Source: Trypethelium eluteriae (taxonomy: Eukaryota). From it: a stretch of DNA of 32,921 bases. Position 1 is the stretch's first letter, and every line of letters begins with the position of its first letter. Shown one piece after another: positions 1 to 12,367 of this stretch. Location: contig JAVECL010000249.1 in the NCBI GenBank assembly GCA_051942245.1, positions 1-32,921 of the forward strand, given 5' to 3'. The position numbers and the translations under genes were made by a program. Below the pieces are notes generated by a model. The model saw only the letters and a program-made list of their open reading frames with translations, was not told where the DNA came from and made no database searches.

Positions 1-2
1 TC

Positions 3-782
3 CCCCCCAGCGGCGCGCTCCCGCGCTCCCAGCGCTTCCTCCGCGTCCTGCCCACCACCTTCCTCAAAGCCGCCAACTCCAGCCTCATGCGCGCCACTAG
101 CTCCAGCGTCTCCCCCAACTCCTCCCCGCGCAACCCGCGCAAAAGCTCCGACCGCACCCGCGAGCTTTCCGTTGGCAACGGCGGCATCCCTCCTCCTCCT
201 CCTCCCGCGATACCCGCGCGCCGCGAATCCATGGGCTTGATGGACCGCATCATCCCCGACCCGGCGAGCGTGACTGACCTCGCTCGCGGCAGCGCACGGA
301 GGCGGTCGTCGCAGCAACAGTCGCAGGGACAGTCGCAGCAGGGGCAGCAGCAGCAGCAGCACGACCGCAGCCGCAGCAGCAACATCTCCGCCGCGGCGTT
401 GTTTGCGGAGAAGGAGCGCAAGCAGGCGTTTGACCAGCGGCTGACGATGGCGATCTGGGAGCTTGCGACGACGCACGCGAATCCCGCGGTGGACTTGCTC
501 GTGTGCCTGGAGCGTACGCGCAACATCGGGTTTCGCTACGTCGATATTACTCGTAGTGTTGTGATTCATCATGGGAGTCAGGATACGCGGGTGCCGGTGG
601 AGAATGTGCGGTGGTTGGGGTCGACGATGCGGAAGTGCGAGGTGCGCATTTTGGAGGCGGAGGGCCATGGCTTGATGGCGAGTGCGGTGGTGATGGGAAA
701 TGTCTTGACGGAGATTGCGAAGGAGTGGGATGAGTGGACGAGGGCGGCGAAGGGAGCGAGGGGGGAGAGAAGGAGGGATTGA
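3..782 (+). CDS. Alpha/beta-hydrolase fold protein, 3' part (5' end lies outside the window)
   Basis: Frame is open from the window edge (PPSGALPRSQRFLRVLPTTFLKAANSSLM...). The C-terminus has typical hydrolase acid/His motifs: IGFRYVDITRSVVIHHGSQDTRVP...VRILEAEGHGL. There is an internal poly-P/poly-Q low-complexity insert. Confidence 0.8.
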   Translation, partial: PPSGALPRSQRFLRVLPTTFLKAANSSLMRATSSSVSPNSSPRNPRKSSDRTRELSVGNGGIPPPPPPAIPARRESMGLMDRIIPDPASVTDLARGSARRRSSQQQSQGQSQQGQQQQQHDRSRSSNISAAALFAEKERKQAFDQRLTMAIWELATTHANPAVDLLVCLERTRNIGFRYVDITRSVVIHHGSQDTRVPVENVRWLGSTMRKCEVRILEAEGHGLMASAVVMGNVLTEIAKEWDEWTRAAKGARGERRRD

Positions 783-964
783 TTGATTGGGGTGGGAAGA
801 GATGGGTATTGCGACGTTGGGGTCTTCTCAAATACTGCGGATTTGATGCGATTTAGGGATTGAGATTGGGACGGGATGGGTTGGGTTTTGCTTCTGCCTT
901 TGAAGGCTAATCTAGGGCCGATATTCTGACGATACCCCCCCTGGATGGGACGATTTGATGGTAA

Positions 965-996
965 GGATTTGACGGATTTGATGGATTTGACGGATT
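965..996 (+). repeat. Short tandem repeat of 9-mer GGATTTGAY (about 3.5 copies) in the 3' flank of the hydrolase gene
   Basis: GGATTTGAC GGATTTGAT GGATTTGAC GGATT read directly. Confidence 0.7.
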
Positions 997-1764
997 CTTG
1001 GACATTTAGAGCAGCGGCACGGTGAGATTTGTATGGGAGAAAATATTCGACCATGTATTTTTAATATTCTTCAGAGATGTGCAGGTGCTGAATGATGCAA
1101 TATATACAATTTTTTCTTCTTTTCTTTTTTATTTCAAATAGCTACAGTGTAAGGTAACTTGAGGTGGTGCGTGGATAACAGTGTGAAGGGTGTAGTGGTG
1201 TGCAAGGGCGAGCGGGTCGGTGCGGAGTGTCCCTGCTCCACCGTCGCCCAAGAAACAAAATGACCAGGGAGACAAACAGCGCAGCGCACCGCCGAAGACC
1301 TGCAACCGATACGAATTTTGCATGAGACAAACGCTGCTAATCAAAGAACGCTTCTCTGCCGTCATCTGTATCCCTGATCCGTCGTGCCGTCATCAATTGC
1401 TGAATTAGCCCAGTCGGAGGTCTGGAAAGTGGGGAGGTTGGGTGGAGGCTGGAAGCGTGGGCTGGGCGCCCATTTTGGCGGATAGAAACCGACCTTCTCA
1501 GTCGGCACCGCTCATCTTCTCCCTCCCTTCACTTTGCTCTCATTTCCAACTGCTGTCGCTCTTTGCTGACTGCTGTTGTCATTCATCCAGGTCGTTGTGG
1601 ATTTGCGGAGAAGACGAGGAAGAAGAACGGACGAGATCCGAGTGAAGCAAACTTCCCGCAATCCACCCCGCCTTTTCCACTCTATCGACATTTTTTCATC
1701 GGCCCCCCAATCTCCGCCATTCTCGACGCGAAGGTAGCGTACATTCCTCGCCCAGCGAGGAGCC

Positions 1765-2990
1765 ATGGAGCTCTTGCGATTGCTCCGGGCACCTTCTACT
1801 CTCCTCTCGACAATCATAATAATCCTCACCTACACCAATCCCGCAAGATCATTACCCTACGGACCCGAAGACCCCGAAATCACCCAGGCACCGAACGCAA
1901 CGCTCGACCGACGATGTGCAAATCCTTGCGGCTGGGTCGGATTGTGTTGCGGTGCCAATCAATATTGCTTCACTGACTCCAACGATCAAGCACAATGCGG
2001 CAATGGTGCTGGTGGCGGAGGAACGACAGCAGCTGCTGGAGGGTCTGGAGGGTCTGGTGGCTACTGGCAATACTACACCTCGACATGGGTAGAAACCGAC
2101 ACGATAACCATGACTTCGGTGTATAGCAGCTACGTCGCAGGTGCCGCAGCCACGACCAGCGCCGCCGTGGCCTCGGCTACCCCATCTTGCAACTGGTCTC
2201 TCAACGAAGCCCCCTGCGGACCTATTTGCTGTGCCAGCGGCCAATACTGTCTAGTATCCGGCCAATGTGCCGCAGCAGGAGGCGGAAGCTCAGGCTACTA
2301 CAGCAACACCGCCAGTGCACCTCTCCGACCCACAAGCCTAGGAACAGGCATTGCAACTGCGACGATCTCCCCAACCACAACAGTCCCATTCGAGACCCCC
2401 GTCGCCACAGGAGCGAACGTCACCCTCACTCAATCCTCAACCAGCGGCGGTGGCCTCAGCGGCGGCGCCATCGCCGGCATCGTCATCGGCGTCATTCTCG
2501 CCGTCATCCTCCTCGCCCTCCTCTGCTTCTACTTCTGCCTCGATTTCCTCCTCGGCCTCTTCGGTATCGGGGGTCGACGCCGACGGAGGCGAGAGGAAGA
2601 AGTGTATGTCGAAGAGCACCGACACCGCAGCCACAGTGGGCGCGGCGATCGGACGTGGTACGGCGCCAACCGACCGGCGAGAGTTGTGCGGGAGGAGCGG
2701 GTTGAGAGGAGAGAGTCGTCCGGTCGGGGCGGCGCGCTGGGATTGGGGACGATGGCGGCGGCGCTGGGCTTTAATAGGGCGAGGAGGGACGACCGGCGGC
2801 GGAGGCGCCAAGATGAGAAGACGGAGTACTCGAGTAGTACGGCTTCGTATAGTTATGATTATACGACGAGTGCAAGTGAGTAGCAACTGCCTTGGACCAG
2901 AACTTGCAGAATAGCATGCTAACCCGTTTTGAAGGCAGCGAAAGCTCGGATCGAAGAACACGAGATACACGGAGATCGTCTAGACGATAG
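1765..2990 (+). CDS. Uncharacterised single-pass cell-surface protein: signal peptide, two Cys-rich modules, Ser/Thr stalk, TM helix, Arg-rich cytoplasmic tail; exons 1765-2875 and 2935-2990
   Basis: Hydrophobic N-terminus; CGWVGLCCGANQYC and CGPICCASGQYC modules; GLSGGAIAGIVIGV TM entry typical of Mid2/Wsc-like proteins. Intron 2876-2934 (GTGAGT..GCTAAC..AAG) gives the C-terminus SSESSDRRTRDTRRSSRR*. Confidence 0.8.
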
Positions 2991-3555
2991 CCCTCAAAAG
3001 ACTAGAATGCGGGATGAGAGGAATGGGATATTGCTACTTATCTGTACAAATGAGAGACAGGTTGGCGACGGCGTTAGGTTACATGAGAGTGCATACAGGG
3101 CTAACGACAGGCGTGCCCTCGGTGTTTGGGAGGCGGTCCATCAGATTGCTGTGCACTTTTTTCCATCCGAACTTTCTGCTGATTTCTTGTACTCATCCAT
3201 CGGGTTGCACATATGGACTTCTGAGCCATTTTGGTCCAGAAGAAGCGTAATACATATTTGTGTAGTGCTGGCACTTATCTGCTCACCTGCCAGTGCATTA
3301 GATCAAACTCAATCAAATATTGATAGTAATATCAAATCTTCTGCTTGCCAAACCGTGAGGCTTTGCACGAACGTTATGTCAAGCCGGTATTGAAGCTTAG
3401 CTAAATTGCCCAACCTCCAATCGCCGAAGATCCCCCGACCTACCGGGCGAACTCGGCAGATAGCTCCAGACCTCCACCAAGTCACCACCACTTTAATCCT
3501 CCTCCCACTCTCCACTCCAATCCACTGACATCCACCCCAATTCCTCTCCACCACC

Positions 3556-4161
3556 ATGATCCCCCCTCTCCGCGCCACATCGCGCCTCTCCACCACGGCA
3601 TCCTCCTCGCTCCGCCTCCACCGCTCTCCCGCCCTCCTCAATCACTCCCTCCAACGACCCTTCTCGAGCTCGAAAGCAATCTGCAGCGGCTCCTCGCACG
3701 GCCATGAAGACCCCTACGACCCGCCTGGCGGCTGGCTCTGGGGGGTGCCGCCGGGCCAGAAGTACGAGAATGAAGGGTGGGAGAATGTCTGGACGTACGG
3801 GTTTGGCGGGTGCATGCTGTTTCTCGTGGTCGGGTATTGCTATAAGCCGGATACAAGGTACGTTCGGGAGTTTCTCAAATTGTTGTTTGTGTGAATGGGG
3901 GAGTGTGGATCGGGGGGAGAGAGGATGATGGGATGGGACGGGACGGGACGGGACGGGAGTCCACCCATGGGAGGAAGGAAGGCGATTGGCTTGAGTGCTG
4001 CGTGCGTAGTACATAGAGGGAGCAGATAGCAGAGAAAATGTGGAGAGGATTAGTGCTAATATGATGGCTATTGCAGTATACAAACATGGGCTTTAGAAGA
4101 AGCGAGGAGGCGGTTGGAAGTGGAGGGGATATTGGAGGATCCCGATGCGAAGAAATCATGA
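3556..4161 (+). CDS. Mitochondrial NADH:ubiquinone oxidoreductase ESSS subunit (NDUFB11 homolog); exons 3556-3857 and 4077-4161
   Basis: Arg/Ser-rich mitochondrial presequence; YDPPGGWLWGVPPGQKYENEGWE; one TM helix. Intron 3858-4076 (GTACGT..GCTAAT..CAG) restores the family motif YKPDTSIQTWALEEARRRLE. Confidence 0.92.
3928..3957 (+). repeat. (GGGAY)n pentanucleotide microsatellite in the ESSS intron
   Basis: GGGATGGGACGGGACGGGACGGGACGGGA read directly. Confidence 0.8.
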
Positions 4162-5491
4162 GAGTCAGTGATAGGATACATAATTATAGGTATGCTTAAT
4201 GTGATTGGATTGGACAGGCTCTGGGAGTTCGCTAACGATACTGCAGTCGCAGGACGGTATCTCAGTAGAAATTATACGATGATAAATAGAAGAATCGATT
4301 AGCCCGGTGCTTTACTTCAAAATAGACAATGCGCTCCCTCTTGATAAATCGTGACAAGTCGTATTTTCTCATTTCTATCAAACAATCTCATGGTGGACTC
4401 CCGATTCAGGTCATAACGTCCACGTTTGTGCCACTCAAATCGCTTGAAATATAGTCATTTCTTGGCTAACCCTTGACAAAGATCAGATCATAAGTGAAGT
4501 CCGTATTGCTTCAAAGCAATTGCTGTTCAATATCTCTCCTTCCATATGGCCTGGCCACAAAGATTCTACGCCGACCTCAACATTGATATAGACGTCCGAT
4601 TCCTTCGAGTAACGCCAACAATTCTTCACATTTTGTAAGATTTTGAGCGTTTAGGTCGTGCGGATCGTTATGATATTACTATGTGTCTCAACTAGGTCTT
4701 CTTAAGCTACGTCTATGGCCCTCAGCTCTCCCAATCATCATAGCCATCTACAACAACCACCAAATCCTGCCATGCATGCCTAGGCGTCTCCGCCACAAAG
4801 TTACAATTCCACAAAGGAAAAGGTTTGTGCTACTTGTGATGAAGTCTTCAAGGAAGAAGAGGTTGAGCAAAAGCCACCAGATGTCTGATGAGAGTGAGAA
4901 TTATAGACAAGCAGAAGACAAAGAACCCCCTTCGCTGCCGATGCCAAACATGTTTGTTCTGTTTCGTCGCAGGGATTGCGAAAAGCAAAGGATGATGAAA
5001 AGATGAAATCAACTACAGCATCGAGGGCGCATGCTGAGGATGTCGCTATGCAAGAGCCGAAGCGGAAGCAAATGGCTTTTAGAAGAGAAGAAGTGTGAAG
5101 AAAGATCCATTTTCGAGCCGATGTGATGAAGCCAATAAGTATATTTGACGGTGCAGTAACGTGGAGAAGGAACTCCATATCCTTTGTCCAAGGTTTGAAG
5201 GGTTGCTCCAGTGGAGTATCGTGAGCGGGGGAATCGAGGCGGGCGAAGCTGAAAGCAAACATGGAAAAAAGCAAGTCTATTTTTCTGTGATTCATGGAAG
5301 CCGATTTTCCTTGCACCGTAAAACTCCAGATTCCACAAGGAATATGCGCAGATGAAGAAAAGGACAATTCGTTGGATGAAGCTTGTATGAAGAGATGTTC
5401 ATGGTTCGATCCATCAAAGGTAGGTGGCGGACGGGAAAGGAAGGATATGCCTCAGGCAGGTCCTCGAATAAGACGCGAGGGAAAGAATCTC

Positions 5492-8400
5492 TCAACTTTC
5501 AAGTTTGGCCTTCAGCTCTTGATCGATGTACTCGCTAATCTGCTTCCGGTTTTTCATGTTGAGCGCGCCATCACGCCATTGTTTGCGAAGTTGCTGAAAC
5601 GTCGGTCGTCCAGAGTCTCCATCTTCTTTAGCAAGTGCTGCGTAATCCCTAGCAACGCATTCGCGAATCAGAAATTGACTAGAAAGAGATTTGCCGTAGA
5701 ATTCAATAAGGTGACTGATGCCCGTGGTCGATCCTCTGGCGTCATCTTCGAATGCAAATCTTCGGAACTCGTCGTACATGATCGTATTAAAATTTCGAAT
5801 GAGGAAGTGTGACCAGAATTGATATAATACAAGCATGTTTTTGGAACACGGTTCTATATTTTCGCTGAATCGGTCGGCCAATGCATGGACGTGAAGGATT
5901 GTGTAAGGCTCCGTTTGCGTATCCCGAGGAAATCGATCGACTGGTGTAGTGCTATCTTTCACCCACAAAACTTCGATGTTTTGAGGGCTGTCGGCTCGCT
6001 GTGGAAGAGATGAGGTAGGCGAGCTAGCGCGAGTGTGGTGAGAAACGCCATTTTCACTGTTGTACTGTCAGGAACGCCCTCAAAAGTTGTTTGAAACGTT
6101 GCCATGAGCGTACCCGTCATACGAGACGTCCCCATTACCCAGCGAGGGCTGTCGCTCGCTCCCATTTCTAGCTTCGGGTACGACATTGCCACCGTCGATC
6201 GAGCCATTGGAGAATGTTCGGGATTCTTGGCTATGGAATGGTGCTCGGGCATTGTTGGCATTTTGCATTCGGTAGACCACGTTTAGGCCAGGAATCCTAT
6301 CATCAGGGAAAGAGTCGTGGTCTTGGAGAGCAGGGTCTGTGCCAGAAATATCAGTAGCCTGATCTTGTTGTTGTTGAGATTCGCCGCCTTGCACCAGTGT
6401 GGCGGAATCACCAGGTGTGAATCGTTCAGGAAACCCTTCACTGTTGGGAGCGAAATCTGGAGGCGCAGAAAATGGATAGCCAGGCAGAGACATTCTACCC
6501 ATTGCCTGATGGGGATTGCTCATGACATAACCACTGGGACCGCTGGGTACATGCCCCGGTGAAATTGGTGATTGGGGCCCAAACTGGTAAGGATCAAAGT
6601 ACATCGGGGTAGACTGTGCAGGCAAAGCGGGCTGGGGCCTGGGAGGAGTCTGTAGTTGCTCTGAGCCTTCATTCTGTGCGCTCGGCTGCCTCCGATCCAT
6701 GTCTAAGACCCACTGCTCCCAGCCATTGCTCTTGCGAATCTTATTTTTACCATCGGCGTCGACTTTGAGATCGATCTCAGAAGACTCGTAACAACCGAGT
6801 TTGACCAATTCCATATCATATCCTTTCAAACGCGGGAAATTGGCCACAACCTCGAGGTCTAGGTAGCCCTTGGAATCCATATGACTTCGGAGGAAAGTGT
6901 CCTTGAGCATGTTTTCTAAAGACAAATAGTACTCCCTAGAGATCAAATTAGCAAAAATGACTCAGCATATGACAATGTTGAAACTTACAGTTGTTGTACC
7001 ACTCTGGGGACGAGAGGGAAAGATTCCATTGGCGGCTGCCAAGCCATAGCACTCATCGGTTGCATCATTTGATATTCATAAGCGGCAGAATCGGGATATG
7101 TTTGTAGCTGAGGCAACTGGCCTGGTCCACCAGCATAAGATGCCGTCGTCCGACCAAATTCCCCATTCGCCATCGATTGTGACCTCAGGCTGCGATAGCT
7201 TCGTTGGGACTGAGAGGAACTACCATAGTGTTGCTGGAAGGTCGGCGAAGTCTGATAGGCGTAAGATTGCCCATGCATTCCGGAGGGTCCGTTGTGGTTA
7301 TTTTGGTTGAAGCCGTGTGCAAATGCACCGCGACGAGGACCTCTTCCACGACCTCGACCGTTACTACGCGGTGGAAATGATTCATGGCCTGCTTCTTTCC
7401 AGGAAGGTCGAGAAAATTCATCACGTCGCTCAAACTTTTCGTATCGAGATGCTGGAACAGAGTCTGCAGTGCCTGCAACTCTTCGCCCACGATGTTCTAT
7501 GAAATACATTAGCATCCAACAATAAGCAGTACGATGCCTCATGGACTCCAATTGCATAGAACCGTCTTAATTGCCAAGGCAAGTGGATCTCTACTTACCT
7601 TCATGCTGAGTAGCGATGGAAAGTCGCCGACCTTCACGTTTAGCCTCGACCTCGCTCTCCCTATGTCGATCACTCTCTATATCTCCATTTCGTTGCGATT
7701 GCCTCCACTTTGGTGCACCTGCTTGTCGCTGCCCCAAGCTGTGTACCGATTGCGACTCCTTCGTCATCTGCGCTCCATTGTCGCCAGACTCGAGATCGGC
7801 ATGAGCACTAAGAGCGGAAGCATCTAATGATTGAGAATCAACAGATTCCTTGCCAAACCCTTTTCGAGGGACGGTATTGGGGTTTCCCGAATTATCAGCT
7901 TCGAGCTTATCGCGCTTGTTAGCACTATTCGAAGCCTCACTATTCGGTGCCGCATGATCATTTCCGGTCGGTCTTTCGTTTCTCGTTGGTCCATTGACGA
8001 CACCAGGCCCACCGCGGCCACCGTTGTCCCTCGCACCCCTACCCCCTCCTCGGCCACCTCTTCGTGCGTTCGTGTTTGGTAAGGGTGTCTCAAACAGGTA
8101 GTTCGCCTGAGGAATTGGCATCTGGACCCATCCCTGCTTCCCATGAGACTTCCCACTGGTGGCTGGCGTGCGTTCCTTCTCTTCCTTTTCTTGAGGCTTG
8201 CGTGGCTTCTCCTCTGGGTCATTTGCACCCATGGCAGGCCAGGATGTCTGATCGTTCACCGAAGGTGGCTCAACCGAGGACGTAGGACCCTCTTGCTCTG
8301 GCAGCGAGCTTCTCGAGCCAGTCTTCCTGGCAGAGCTACGTTCGGCCTCGTTATCAAGCCTCGATGCGCGACGGTAATGAGGTGTCTTTCCATCATCTTT

Positions 8401-9192
8401 GGCTTTGCCACCAGCTTCCACGCTTCTCTTCCTATCTTTTCCCTGAATTACGTTGTTGCTTTCATGACCAGCTGAAGCAGAGCGAGCTTTTCGTCGGGGT
8501 TCAGGTTTTGTCGTATCTCTTGGAATGGAGTTCCTCGCTTTGTTGGTGGGTTCCGCAGTCACATTGGCAAGACTGGTTTCCTTCGCTGGCTGGACAGCAG
8601 CTTTAGCAGCCTGCTGTTCCTTTGCACGCTGTTGCCATACGTTGATTTGTGGTGGTGGCGCCTCCTTGAGTGGCGCAGTTTCCTTTGCAACGTCCTCACT
8701 TCTACGATGGAAGTCCTTTTGCGTACTGTTGCTCCTCTCTGCCGGATTCGATGCTTGGGACTTGTTCTCCCATGTTGATTCGGAGGACGTGTTTGGTATC
8801 GACGATACGTCTTCTTTTTCAGCAAGCGTCGAAGTGGAAGATATTCCAAACTCCGGTGTTGAGATCGCCGAGACTACAGTAGCTTGCGACTCTGACGGTG
8901 TTTGCGATGGCTGTGGCCGCTCCTTCGAGATTGAGGTATTCTCAAGAGCAGCTGTCCCATGAGTCATATCCTTCTTTGCAGGCTCAAGGCTTGTATCAGT
9001 TTCTTCAGCCGAATCCTTGACCGGACTTCCGTCGGTGATGTCCTTTTGAGTTTCCGTAACTTCGTGAGCGTTAGTCGCGGGGTGAGATGTCGGTTGTAAC
9101 GACTGTGACTTTCTCTTGGCTGCTTGTGCGTATGAGAATCCTGGTGGTGGTGCAGCGGCATCGGTAGGTGGACTCGATTTCGTAGCCGCCAT
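5492..9192 (-). CDS. La-related RNA-binding protein (LARP1/Sro9/Slf1 type) with La motif and C-terminal DM15-like region; exons 9192-7599, 7496-6989, 6935-6114, 6056-5492
   Basis: Spliced La motif QQLEYYLSLENMLKDTFLRSHMDSKGYLDLEVVANFPRLK; RGG boxes; DM15-like LYQFWSHFLIRNFNTIMYDEFRRFAFEDD. Three GT-AG introns (7598-7497, 6988-6936, 6113-6057) join four ORFs in frame. Confidence 0.9.
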
Positions 9193-10894
9193 ATTTGGGT
9201 CGGCTATATCAAGCGAGGTTGTTGGGATCCTGTGGCTTTGCAAGGCAGCAGGAAGTGCGTAGAGCTTTTACGTGTTCCACAGAATTTCAAATATTGCTGC
9301 TCAGGGAAGGACAGATAGCAGACGCAGTCACTGCTGAAGAATCCCACAACTCTTATCACGCGCCCGACAACGAGACCCACCGGCACTCTTCACCGCAACC
9401 TCCTGCGCGTTGTCGGGAGCTTGTGTTCGATATGAATGCTATTGGGTAGACGGAGCCAGGCGGCAGAAGGTGTAAATGGAGGTATTGACAGCGAGAAGTA
9501 CTGGAATATGATGATGGGATAAGCTTTGCAGTGGATCTCGGGAAATTTTGGGGATGAGCAAAGTTGCAAACGAGGTCGCCCTGGTGGATGTAGTGGATGG
9601 TTGAGTTCGTTAAAGGAATTCAAAGGATACCTCGTGTGGTACCTGAGTGATCGTTAGCATCAGTCAGCAAAACCCTAAAGATCCGCAGCTGCACAGTGAC
9701 TTAGAATGATGGGCAGAAGGGTAATATCAATACAATCACTTCGGGTGTGCGGTGGAGGAGCAGAAGCTATGACGTACTCGGTCACTCGCTCCACGAGTAG
9801 CTCAACAAGCAGCCAGGCAGATCAGAGTGTGCTAGACACGTTTTCGCGCCCGTTGCGGAGGAGCAACAATGATGACTCGGTCGTGGTGGTGAACGGATTC
9901 CGTGGGTCAGAGGGCCAGATTAGGCAAGTCAGGGAGCGGGTGGGTTGCGAAAAAAGGGCGGACGCACGGGGCGATTGTAAGGCAGAGGGCAGAAGCAGGC
10001 CGTCGTCGGTCTGGAGGAGGAAGCGCAGGCGTGCGGCGGACGGATGAAGTGCTTGGATGAGTGGACGAGTACAGCCAAACGGGTGCAGTCGGAGTGCTAG
10101 AAACCGGCCGGAGCTTCTGCCGGACGTGGAGTGCGTGGAGAATTCTGCCTGTCTGCAAAGGCGGGGCAGGACGAGAGCACAAAAGAGGGAGGAGCTCCAG
10201 GAAAGGGCGGAAGAGCTGGAGCAGATTCAAGGATGGCGTTGTCGCCCTCGGGATGCGCAAATTGAGCTGCGATGGGGTGCGCTGGGTGCGATGGGTGGGG
10301 GAGAGCAGCAATAATTTTTGCCTTCGACTGCGGTTGGCGGTTCGCTGGGTGCCGGCCCGAGTGTTAGTTTAGTACTGCGTACCTCAGGCACAAGCACACA
10401 ACCTAATCCACCCTCGGTGCCTCCATCACCCTCTCCTCCACCCTCCCCGCTGCTCGACCATGGCATGGCCTGCACTATCCTGCACCTACCTTGCCTGCCC
10501 TACCGATCTGGATCTTCGCGAGACTCCAATCTCCCTACCAGGCGCAGTATCGATGCCTGCAAATAGCAACGTGGCGCTGCAGCAGGTGAATGCAAGGAAC
10601 CGCATCCGATCTCCAGTGCTATCAAGATCATGCTTGGAGAATTACTGTGATGGTGTCAACGGTGTAAGAACGCTGCCTACATGAGCCATCATGAGCCATT
10701 CGAGTCATTTGGAGAGACCATTAGATATCATTATCATTATGATACCCACGCTCCCGCTAGCGCCAAATGTTACAAAGCAAAAGCAGCAAATGAATAGCAA
10801 ACGCTCATGCATACACGTACGCTTTCAATATGCTGGAAATTTCCGTACCCCAGAATGTGTAAAAATTATAGCCGTTGCTCCCCCGTTCGACTCT

Positions 10895-12329
10895 TCACAT
10901 CCAGAGCCATTTTCGGCATTTTTTGGAACCACAGCGGCATTTGACCGGCTTGATTCCACCCTCCGATACATCGTTCGGATTCGCCTGCCTTTGCGATCCG
11001 TGCTGGTCCTCATCCTCGTCTTCCTCATCTTTATCCATGTAATCAAAGGTCAGCTCGGTGTTTTTGGGAATGTCTTGACAGGCAAAGAAAGCTATGTCGT
11101 AAACACGAAAGTCGTGCTTGTTGTACGACACGGCATATTGCCGACAATTCGGCTCACAGGAGTGGTTGATGAAGCGCGTAGGACCTCCCATAAATTGTCC
11201 ATCCACCAGGAACATGTCATGCTCCTGAAGATCTTTCTCTTCCCGGAATTTATCGAGCGAGTAAAGATAACTGTCCTTTCCAAAGCCTGCTTCTTTCTCC
11301 CGCCGGTCTGCTTCCAGGCTGGTGATGATTTCACCTCGGTACGTATCAATGAACTGGCCTCGACGTAGGTCGACTGGACAACGTAAGCCCCACCCTCTTT
11401 CTTTGGTCTTGAAAATTTGAAGTGGAACACTTCGTCCCCATTGCACATTGCGGTTTTTACACCTTGGACCACATCGGCATCTGTCGTTGCACTCGTAGAT
11501 TGTATGGCGCGAGTCCAGATAGAAACCATTGAGGAGAAGGCCGTGTGTCTTGTCGATTCTATAAGGAAATCTCTTCGGGAACTGGTAGGGGTCACCTTCG
11601 TCCGTCTCTTTCCACTGCAAGTATAGGGCCAACGTCCGTTCATCCAACCGCTCTTCGTCTACCCTTGCGTATTCCAAGCAGGCGCACCATCTGGTGTACT
11701 CGCAACCGATATTCTGGCCCATGTCAGGTCTGCACTTGTGACAACCTTCTAATGTATCATCGTCTAATTTAATGACACCTTCCCGAAGAATGGATTCGTC
11801 GACAAATTTGAATCCTAGTGGAGGGGAATCTTGATCGACTGTGTTTGCCATGGTCACTTCAGCATCCTCCTTAGACGATCGAATGCGCTTTAGACGGTCA
11901 ATGAGTTCTCGGCGGATTTTATTGGTTGCCGAGGTGAAGCGAGTCACCTTTGCTTCTTCTACCATTTTAGTCGTTGGAAACGCGGTAGAATCGATTTGCG
12001 GGACATTAGCGGCCGATGACTATATAGGGTTTAGTAGTGAACAGTCGTTTGACTAAGGTAAGCTATTAGGCTGAAAATTGTTTTATACTCACTTCTGTAA
12101 CTTCGAACCAGCCATCCTTAGCGGTAAGGATGGCATTATAGCATTTGACATCATGTGATCGCGCGACCCTGACATGGTGGTCTTCTGGGTGGATGGATTC
12201 CGAGGCACTTGAGGGAGAAGTATTGGTCCGATAGGAGGGACTCGGCCTAGGAGTGTGGTCTTCGGATGATTTCCGCTTAAATTTAGGAGGTGGCGGTGGT
12301 GAAGTAGTGATACTTAGATTCAATGTCAT
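10895..12329 (-). CDS. dim-5: Histone H3K9 methyltransferase DIM-5/Clr4 (SUV39 family); exons 12329-12093 and 12019-10895 (start codon uncertain, alternative 11965)
   Basis: Pre-SET Cys cluster (IYECNDRCRCGPRCKNRNVQWG); SET motifs RGWGLRC, TRFINHSCEPN and ELTFDY; post-SET CRCGSKKCRKWLW; no chromodomain, as in Neurospora DIM-5. Intron 12092-12020 (GTGAGT..CTAAA..TAG) keeps the frame. Confidence 0.92.
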
Positions 12330-12332
12330 TAG

Positions 12333-12367
12333 ACGCGTCAGAAAAGGAGGTTCGTTGACGCGTCAAC
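12333..12367. promoter_or_regulatory. Two ACGCGT (MluI/MCB-like) boxes immediately upstream of dim-5
   Basis: ACGCGT at 12333-12338 and 12358-12363. The second lies within the perfect palindrome GTTGACGCGTCAAC. Confidence 0.4.

Noticed and set aside
2929..3393. 154-aa ORF as a separate gene or long last exon
   Set aside because: Non-ATG start, no motifs. The AAG acceptor at 2934 gives a short Ser/Arg-rich end consistent with the preceding tail, so the rest is likely 3' UTR.
4683..5367. Several overlapping ORFs (107-188 aa) on both strands
   Set aside because: No recognisable motifs or coherent splice structure; position fits the 3' UTR/flank of the La-related gene.
9195..10684. Multiple ORFs upstream of the La-related gene
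   Set aside because: Low-complexity translations from GC/pyrimidine-biased promoter or 5' UTR DNA; no supported gene model.
10691..11368. 225-aa plus-strand ORF (and similar antisense ORFs over other genes)
   Set aside because: Antisense shadows of well-supported genes such as dim-5.
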